This document shows, in pieces, positions 45,454-51,893 of a DNA stretch of 51,893 bases. How positions within the stretch are numbered: position 1 is the stretch's first letter; the number at the start of each line of letters is the position of its first letter. This stretch comes from a virus. Taxonomy: Duplodnaviria > Caudoviricetes. The stretch covers positions 1 to 51,893 of the IMG/VR virus record IMGVR_UViG_3300048836_000042. One strand, 5' to 3'. Below the pieces are notes generated by a model that did no database searches, had not been told where the DNA came from, and was given only the letters and a program-made list of their open reading frames with translations. Position numbers and translations under genes: made by a program.

Positions 45454-45786
45454 ATGGGAAATGTATTTGTTAAATCTGGACATGTGCGGGATATTCTTTC
45501 TGATGCCACAACTACCGTTACTGGAGCATGGCAATTTAAAGACGCACCAAAGGTAGCTATTCAAGCAACGGTAGTTGGTACTGGGGCTGTCACTGCTACA
45601 ATTGTAATCGAAGCGTCTAATGACGGCACGTATGCCTTGGCAACAGTACTTGGCACAATTACTCTGTCTGGGACTACAAGCGACTCAGATGGATTCACTA
45701 CGGATGCTCCTTGGAAATTTATCCGGGCGAGAATTACAGCTATTTCAGGTACAAGTGCCACCGTTAACGTGACAGCGAGCGCATAA
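45454..45786 (+). CDS. Virion structural protein
   Basis: IEASNDG...W.FIRA beta-sandwich pattern. Confidence 0.6.
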   Translation: MGNVFVKSGHVRDILSDATTTVTGAWQFKDAPKVAIQATVVGTGAVTATIVIEASNDGTYALATVLGTITLSGTTSDSDGFTTDAPWKFIRARITAISGTSATVNVTASA

Positions 45787-47477
45787 TGAGTGTCTCTACC
45801 AATTCATCAGTTTCTGGTATCCTTAACCTGACCGCGGCGCAGGTGGCGCTGCTGGAGCCGCAATATGTCGTTACTGCGTCAGGCGATACGTCCGGTGTGG
45901 ATGATGCTGCTGCGATTAATGCAGCAGTTGCACTTGCTGTTGCTGCCGGCGTCCCGTCCGTTGTGCGTTTCGCCGCAGGTCAATACTATCTGTCAGCGCC
46001 CATCAAGTTGACGAACGCTACCGCTGTAGTTCTTGCGGGCGACAACGGATCTGCAAGGCTCAAGTTGGCCGACAACATGGACGCTGCTGTGCCTGGCGAT
46101 ATGGTCAATCTGATCGAACTCAGCGGTTGCACCCGCTGCGGAATCGTCGGCCTGAGCCTTGACGGCAACTACCAGCAGCAGAACATGGCCAATCTGGCTA
46201 TGTCGTTTGGTGATGCCGCACAAGGCGGATCAGGCAACCGCCGTGACCCGATTTCGATTAGGTATACCGGCGCCGGCTCCGCGTGTTCGATGGTAATTTC
46301 AGGAAGCACGCTGACAACCACCGTGACCGGCGGCCCCGGCAGCGAAAACCTGAACATCGACCTTACCGCAGCCGGCTATGACACCATCGCAGAACTGGTC
46401 GAATACATTCATGCGTTCGGTGGTACTGCTGGCGCGACATACAGCTGCACCATCATTCATGACAGTTTTGGGGATCAGAAGTCCGCACGGCTTTATGGCC
46501 GCACCTACGCTGACATCAAGACATCGACAACTGGAGTCGATTTTGCCAACGCCAGCAACGCGGCAACACATGAAATTTACGGCAATTGCATCTACCTGAT
46601 TAACTCTAACGAGTGCGAGGTCGTTGGTTGCGACTTGAGTAATGCGCCGCACATGGGCGTCCTGATTACTAAAGACTCTTCGCGCAACAGAATCATCAAC
46701 AACACAGGCCAGCTTAATAACTGGCGTGCGTGCGAGATTTGGCCCAACGAAGGAACGGACTCATCACACAATCTGATCGCAGGCAATCAGTTCAAGAACT
46801 CATATCACGACTCCATCGTCGTTGAATTTCCAGGCACATTTCGCAATAGCATCGTTGGAAATACTATCCTGCTTGATGACCTGGCTTTTAACAGTGGTAT
46901 GCATGAAGGGATTGTGGTTTATGATTCCGTCGGCAACGTAGTTCAAGGCAACACGCTGGAAGGCTGCGGTATCACGGTGCAGCACGGCGCCTGTCACTAC
47001 AACGTCATTCAAGGCAATACGGTAGACGCGCAAGACCGGAGTGCTTTGCCCTACAGGACACGAGGCGTGCACATCAGAGCGGGGATTGGCAACGTGGTTG
47101 AGGGCAACTCGCTACATGACCCTTACTACGACACAATCCGCGTAGAGGCGTCCGCCTCAAAAACCGTCATAAAGAATAACGTGCTGACGCTGAACAACAA
47201 TGCGCCCAGGTATCCAATTTTTGTGGAAGCCAGCAGCGCACAGACGATCATCGGCGACAACGTGCTCGACGGCAATACGAACGGCATTAATGACCTCGGC
47301 ACGCGAACCATCCTGAATGGCGTCGGACAGAACGGATCGAATGATCCAGCCAGCGCCGGCAACTGGAATGGTAACGGCGTCGAAGGTGTGATTGTGCAAT
47401 GGGACAACGGCGCCGGCAAAAAACGCCTGAGCCAGTACAGCGGTGGCGCGTGGATTAACTATTATCTCGAACCGTGA
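45786..47477 (+). CDS. Right-handed beta-helix tailspike/depolymerase
   Basis: GD..G.DDAAAINAA, V.F.AG.Y, repeated N.I.GN units. Confidence 0.78.
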   Translation: MSVSTNSSVSGILNLTAAQVALLEPQYVVTASGDTSGVDDAAAINAAVALAVAAGVPSVVRFAAGQYYLSAPIKLTNATAVVLAGDNGSARLKLADNMDAAVPGDMVNLIELSGCTRCGIVGLSLDGNYQQQNMANLAMSFGDAAQGGSGNRRDPISIRYTGAGSACSMVISGSTLTTTVTGGPGSENLNIDLTAAGYDTIAELVEYIHAFGGTAGATYSCTIIHDSFGDQKSARLYGRTYADIKTSTTGVDFANASNAATHEIYGNCIYLINSNECEVVGCDLSNAPHMGVLITKDSSRNRIINNTGQLNNWRACEIWPNEGTDSSHNLIAGNQFKNSYHDSIVVEFPGTFRNSIVGNTILLDDLAFNSGMHEGIVVYDSVGNVVQGNTLEGCGITVQHGACHYNVIQGNTVDAQDRSALPYRTRGVHIRAGIGNVVEGNSLHDPYYDTIRVEASASKTVIKNNVLTLNNNAPRYPIFVEASSAQTIIGDNVLDGNTNGINDLGTRTILNGVGQNGSNDPASAGNWNGNGVEGVIVQWDNGAGKKRLSQYSGGAWINYYLEP

Positions 47478-47497
47478 CCTGCCGGTAAAGGAACACC

Positions 47498-47536
47498 ATG
47501 ACCATCGAAACCGCCACCTACATCGCCGAGCAGTAG
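47498..47536 (+). pseudogene. 12-codon remnant of a tail-fibre gene start (MTIETATYIAEQ*)
   Basis: AAAGGA RBS; resembles the M.lEtatyI N-terminus common to phage fibre genes; ends at the GC-to-AT junction. Confidence 0.5.
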
Positions 47537-47537
47537 A

Positions 47538-47783
47538 ATGCTTCGACACGAGCTACGTCAGTCCTGCCTTCGTTTATACCAAGACCCAGCAGCAGATTAT
47601 TGGGCAGTACCAGACGCAGTAGGTAATGTGTTGTGGTTGGATAACAAAACAATCGTTCTATCGGAATTGCGTGGTAAATTTACAAGAATCACATGGCGGG
47701 AAATGCTGGACTGGCTTAGACAGCAAAGTATCCAAACAATACTATGTGAACGCGCAGAGGCGCATATCCTCCCTTGTGCGTAA
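47538..47783 (+). CDS. Hypothetical protein
   Basis: Operon-direction ORF. Confidence 0.5.
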   Translation: MLRHELRQSCLRLYQDPAADYWAVPDAVGNVLWLDNKTIVLSELRGKFTRITWREMLDWLRQQSIQTILCERAEAHILPCA

Positions 47784-47901
47784 CCTTCTACAGTAGGGGC
47801 AGGGTGGTTTCGGATTGATGTTATGGAATTGCTGGCTCACTTCCGTCACAGTCCGGATTAAGTCAGTTAATTCAACTAGTTCAATTTTTATGGAGTCCAC
47901 C

Positions 47902-48150
47902 ATGTCCCCCGAGTATATCGCAACCGCTGGCATCCTGATTAATCTTTTGTTTGGAGGGGTTATTTGGTTTATGAAACAATCTTACACAGATTTAAAATCT
48001 CAAGTAAAAGAACATAAGATTGAGCTGGATCATGTTAAAGATAAATACTATAAAAAAGAAGACTTTCGTGATTTCCGTGACGAACTTTGGACCCGCCTAG
48101 ACAAAATGGAAGTAGCTTGGACGCACCAACTAAATGAGCTACGTAAATAG
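47902..48150 (+). CDS. Single-TM coiled-coil protein (holin/antiholin-like)
   Basis: GGAG RBS before MSPEY; TM helix, then Y.KKEDF. Confidence 0.6.
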   Translation: MSPEYIATAGILINLLFGGVIWFMKQSYTDLKSQVKEHKIELDHVKDKYYKKEDFRDFRDELWTRLDKMEVAWTHQLNELRK

Positions 48151-48176
48151 TAGTTATTTCAAAAGAGGGTGCTGAT

Positions 48177-48500
48177 GTGAGCTATATTAACAACAGTTAT
48201 TTCAAGCATGGCTCCTACAATGTTATCTGTGATGTATGTGGTTTCCAGTTTAAATCAGATGCTGTAAGGTTTCGGTGGGATGGCCTTATCGTCTGCAAAG
48301 AAGACTGGGAACCAGACCATCCACAGAAATATATTAGGGTCCGGAGCGATCCTAAACCAGTCCCATTTGTGCGGTATGAGGGGGACTCTACTTATGTCTC
48401 TACCCCACCCGCAACATGCAATGTGCTCACCCAACAAGGTCGCGCAGACATCGGTATCGCAGACTGCGCACAAGCTGACGTAAACAACTTTTTAGGATAA
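48177..48500 (+). CDS. Small Cys-containing virion-module protein
   Basis: ICDVCGF.FK....RWDGL.VC..DWEP.HPQ. Confidence 0.7.
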   Translation: MSYINNSYFKHGSYNVICDVCGFQFKSDAVRFRWDGLIVCKEDWEPDHPQKYIRVRSDPKPVPFVRYEGDSTYVSTPPATCNVLTQQGRADIGIADCAQADVNNFLG

Positions 48501-48502
48501 AT

Positions 48503-50605
48503 ATGGCAGATACAACTTTTAGCAGTGGTACAGTAATTACTTCTGACTGGCTGAATGACGTAAATGATCATGTATACGACACAGAGTTTGAAACTGTGGC
48601 GTCCCTACGAGCATCAACCTCTCCTGGTGAGAGGGTTACGACAAGAGGCTATTACACCGCTGGAGATGGCGGGGGTGGGACCTACTGGCGTGATGACAGC
48701 GATACAGTCACGGCAGACAACAACGGTACTGTACTTGTAACTGCTGACGGTAGTCGGATGAAACTAATGGTGACCGGTGGACATTTATCCACGAAGCAAT
48801 GTGGCGTTCGCGGGGATGGCACCACAGGTGAAACCGAAGAACTACTCGCCGCAGACGTGATGGCTAGGGCGATTAAGAAGGCATTGTTCATTGAAGGTAT
48901 TGTTCTCCTTGATGAACAAGTTTGGCTAGAGAATCCCACACATTGGATTTTCTCTGGTTGGCCAAACAACGGCAACACTAATGATGGCCCCACTGCCTCT
49001 ACGGTGTCAGGGTCTTGGCTGAAAGTGCCTGCTTCTATGCCTAGTGGCAGTTCGGCAGTAGTCGTTGCCCACCCAGGTATCATCTTTACCCACGGCGCCA
49101 TCGGCTGTGATCCATCGTTTACATGGCCTTACGACGGACTAACAATCCTAGCCAATGGGTTCCGATGGGACAAGGGCTTGGTCTTCGGGATGGGCCGTGA
49201 TGGCATCTTTTTGGGGACGCCTTCCGGGACAACTGGTGGGTACAATAGTAACTCAGTAGTTCTTGACCAAGTCGCTTCTGTGTGGAACGGAAGGCATGGT
49301 ATCAACATTTCCGACGACGACGGTGCCTTGGATGCAAACACATTCCTGCTACTGTCACCACGTTGTTTCAATAACGCGGGACATGGTATCCGTTTTGGTA
49401 AAACATACCTAGGTGGCACAGTGATCACCCCCACCATTGAATTTAACGCTGTGGGGTTATACTTTGAAGCTAACGCCTCACAAATTCTTATCCTAGGTGG
49501 TGATATTGAGGCTAACGTAGGCCCGCACACTTCGGGTGGTGTTGAAGGAACAGGCCCGCTACAGAACGTTATTGAGGTAACTCCAGGCGCTAATAATTTT
49601 TCTTATGTGACCATTCAAGGCGTATTGCGGAACGACGTAGGGACTCCTTTAACTACTAAAGGAGATGTTTACACTTACAGCACGACTAACGCACGACTTC
49701 CAGTGGGTACGGATGGACAGGTACTCGTGGCGGACAGTGCTGAGGCCACAGGGCTGCGTTGGGGTGACCCAGGAACACCAACTATTATAAACCCTCTTCT
49801 GGTGAAAGAGGACTACGCTGGCATTACAAAGATGACGGCTGAGAACCTATCAACCTCCTCAGGTGCGTCGACACAGGTTCACCTAAAAACAGACAAGGGG
49901 ACAGCAGGACTATGGCAAAGGGCTAACGTAGACGGTGGTGAGTTCATTTTCGGGACCGTTGACCATACTGGAAACATCGGTTTGATGTCCAACGGGGTTA
50001 TCCGGTTTGGTTTCCCATCAGACGGTTCCCTCGCTATCGGTGGCTACTCAGCAGTAGGCACAGCCGGTCAGGTACTTACCAGTGGGGGACCCGGCGCTGC
50101 GGTGTCGTGGACATCAGCCGGTTCTGGGACCGTGTCCAGCGTGGCAATGACAGTTCCTACAGGAATGACTGTAACAGGTTCTCCCATTACTACCTCCGGT
50201 ACTCTCGGACTAGGGTATGCCGCTGGATATCGAGCCTACACCGATGCGGAGAACACGAAGCTGGCAGGACTGCCGACCACCGCCGTTAATAAGACTGGTG
50301 ACACCATGTCGGGGGACCTTACGGTTTCCAAAGCAGACGCCGCCGTCACCGCGAGTGCTACCTCCGGGAACGGCAACCTGGTGGCGCAGAGTGGCTCGAT
50401 CATCGGAGGGATGCGAGCCGGGGGTGGTGCTGTCGAACTTGGGGGATTGAGTGCAAACGAAGTTCGACTGCTGGGGGCTAGTGGCGCCCAACGGATTATC
50501 TTCACGACGGGGGGACTGATTCGACTTCTCGGCCTCCCAACAACGGACCCAGGAGTTTCGGGAGCGATTTGGAACAGTAGTGGCACATTGCGGATTTCTC
50601 CGTAA
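48503..50605 (+). CDS. Tail fibre/tailspike protein
   Basis: I.SDWLNDVN anchor, GYY..GDGGGG, beta-helix region, G.AGQVLTS.G repeats. Confidence 0.82.
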   Translation: MADTTFSSGTVITSDWLNDVNDHVYDTEFETVASLRASTSPGERVTTRGYYTAGDGGGGTYWRDDSDTVTADNNGTVLVTADGSRMKLMVTGGHLSTKQCGVRGDGTTGETEELLAADVMARAIKKALFIEGIVLLDEQVWLENPTHWIFSGWPNNGNTNDGPTASTVSGSWLKVPASMPSGSSAVVVAHPGIIFTHGAIGCDPSFTWPYDGLTILANGFRWDKGLVFGMGRDGIFLGTPSGTTGGYNSNSVVLDQVASVWNGRHGINISDDDGALDANTFLLLSPRCFNNAGHGIRFGKTYLGGTVITPTIEFNAVGLYFEANASQILILGGDIEANVGPHTSGGVEGTGPLQNVIEVTPGANNFSYVTIQGVLRNDVGTPLTTKGDVYTYSTTNARLPVGTDGQVLVADSAEATGLRWGDPGTPTIINPLLVKEDYAGITKMTAENLSTSSGASTQVHLKTDKGTAGLWQRANVDGGEFIFGTVDHTGNIGLMSNGVIRFGFPSDGSLAIGGYSAVGTAGQVLTSGGPGAAVSWTSAGSGTVSSVAMTVPTGMTVTGSPITTSGTLGLGYAAGYRAYTDAENTKLAGLPTTAVNKTGDTMSGDLTVSKADAAVTASATSGNGNLVAQSGSIIGGMRAGGGAVELGGLSANEVRLLGASGAQRIIFTTGGLIRLLGLPTTDPGVSGAIWNSSGTLRISP

Positions 50606-50620
50606 ACCAAAGGAAATATA

Positions 50621-51322
50621 ATGGCTGTTAGCGGTTCCACCACTTGGGAATTAACCCGAAATGAAATTATCACTGCGGCATACCGTAAATTAGGTATTCC
50701 AGGAGAAGGTAATTCTCTTTCTACTGCTCAGATCAATGATGGGGCAGAGGCGTTGAACGCCATTATCAATCTCGCGGTGACAGATGGGATGCCTCTGTGG
50801 AAACGCTCGGAGGCAACACTTGTTCCTAATAATGTATTACAGCAATATACTATTCCTTCAGCCGTTAAAATTCCTGCGGTATTCCTCCGGGACACATCTA
50901 ATGGAACGCAATACGAACTACAGAATAAGAGTATGTATGATTTCCACCAGCTTCCTCGGAACACCACCCCGGCGACACCAATAGCGTACTATGCCCAGCC
51001 CACGATTAGTGGTTACACAGTATTTATTTGGCCCCTATATAGTGATGCAGACACTATTGCCAACAAACGATTAATTGTTGTATACCAAGATGAGTTTGAT
51101 TCCTTCACTTCTAGTGGACAGACTCTGGATTTCCCCGCATACTGGACGCAAGCCATGATTTTTCAAACTGCTTTGTCCTTGGCACCAGAAAATGGAATCC
51201 CTATTGAAGACCAAAAGATTCTAGCTGCAAATGCAAAGATGGCCTGGGATAAAGCATCAGCATATGGTGATGAGGAAGGTTCTTTGTTTATTACTCCAAA
51301 TTACTGGGGCCGACATGGCTAA
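50621..51322 (+). CDS. Head-tail adaptor (P22 gp4 / tail tubular-like)
   Basis: II.AAYRKLG...ALN...WP...DFP..W..A....A..LA.E.G. Confidence 0.7.
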   Translation: MAVSGSTTWELTRNEIITAAYRKLGIPGEGNSLSTAQINDGAEALNAIINLAVTDGMPLWKRSEATLVPNNVLQQYTIPSAVKIPAVFLRDTSNGTQYELQNKSMYDFHQLPRNTTPATPIAYYAQPTISGYTVFIWPLYSDADTIANKRLIVVYQDEFDSFTSSGQTLDFPAYWTQAMIFQTALSLAPENGIPIEDQKILAANAKMAWDKASAYGDEEGSLFITPNYWGRHG

Positions 51323-51893
51323 TACCAATAGTCCGCAATTTAGCACTTATAAAACCGAGTATATTGCGTTTAATAAAACGGCAAACTATCGTGATGGTAA
51401 TTTAAGTGATAAACGTGACTCGTACATTTTAAATATGTACTATGACTATGAGAGCAATAAAGACAAAAATAGTCCAGTACGTTTAAAAAAGCGCCCCGGG
51501 TTGGTAGACACAACTTACGCTCTTACACGGAGCGTCTCTACTGATCCCATCAGAGGTAGTTATTACAACGTAAATGCAAATACCTTCTACTGGGCGGTTA
51601 GTAATAAAGTTTTTTCAGTTAGCCCCGACCTGGGGGCTTCCATAAGAACTGTGGCTACTCTGGTTACTTCGGAAGGCTATGTGGGATTTACTGACTTCTT
51701 AAAGAGCGATAATACCCGCTATGTTATTTTTACAGATGGGACAGACCTCTGGGTAGATAACTACGCTAGTGGTACCTGTTCCACAGTCGTCGATGCAGAC
51801 CTCCCTTCGCCCCATGTACCACACCCGGTATATCTAGACGGATATATCTTTCTAGCCGATGCGGGTTCAGGAGACATCTACAACTCAAATAAT
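51315..51893 (+). CDS. 5' part of P22 gp10-like tail/DNA-stabilisation protein (continues at 1..1048; about 499 aa in total)
   Basis: ATG at 51315 overlaps the upstream stop; 452 nt to the join plus 1048 nt = 1500 nt, in frame; LKKRPGL motif; follows the gp4-like gene. Confidence 0.8.
   Translation, partial: MANTNSPQFSTYKTEYIAFNKTANYRDGNLSDKRDSYILNMYYDYESNKDKNSPVRLKKRPGLVDTTYALTRSVSTDPIRGSYYNVNANTFYWAVSNKVFSVSPDLGASIRTVATLVTSEGYVGFTDFLKSDNTRYVIFTDGTDLWVDNYASGTCSTVVDADLPSPHVPHPVYLDGYIFLADAGSGDIYNSNN
51767..51893. repeat. Second copy of the 127-bp terminal overlap
   Basis: Identical to 1-127. Confidence 0.97.

Noticed and set aside
1-51893. Temperate lifestyle or phage RNA polymerase
   Set aside because: No integrase, repressor, ParA or single-subunit RNAP motifs recognised; absence is judged by eye only

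Overview
This window is an apparently complete dsDNA podovirus-type phage genome. Bases 1-127 are repeated at 51767-51893, giving a 51,766-bp circle with an assembly overlap. It has two arms diverging from a non-coding control region at about 34.5-36.3 kb and converging on a bidirectional terminator at about 8.96 kb. The + arm encodes terminase, portal, a GroES-like protein, scaffold, major capsid, two tail spikes/fibres, P22 gp4/gp10/gp26-like tail parts, ejection-type proteins (one with an ADP-ribosyltransferase-like domain) and an M15 endolysin. The - arm encodes small early genes, tRNA-Leu(UAA), an RNA ligase, a phiEco32-type amidoligase/GATase/ATP-grasp/GNAT cluster, primase, ThyX, helicase, a split family-A DNA polymerase whose second gene carries a group I intron with an HNH ORF, nucleotide-metabolism genes, a class II RNR with an atypical Pro-initiated LAGLIDADG intein, and an HslV-like peptidase. 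The most unusual signals are: (1) at least four genes that appear to start at isoleucine codons (AUU/AUA/AUC); (2) a control region packed with host-factor sites (DnaA boxes, sigma54 sites, boxA); (3) two candidate structured non-coding RNAs; (4) a class-3-like intein lacking the full WCT signature; and (5) an identical 22-nt junction preceding two GC-rich inserted genes. All product calls come from reading motifs by eye; no database search was run.
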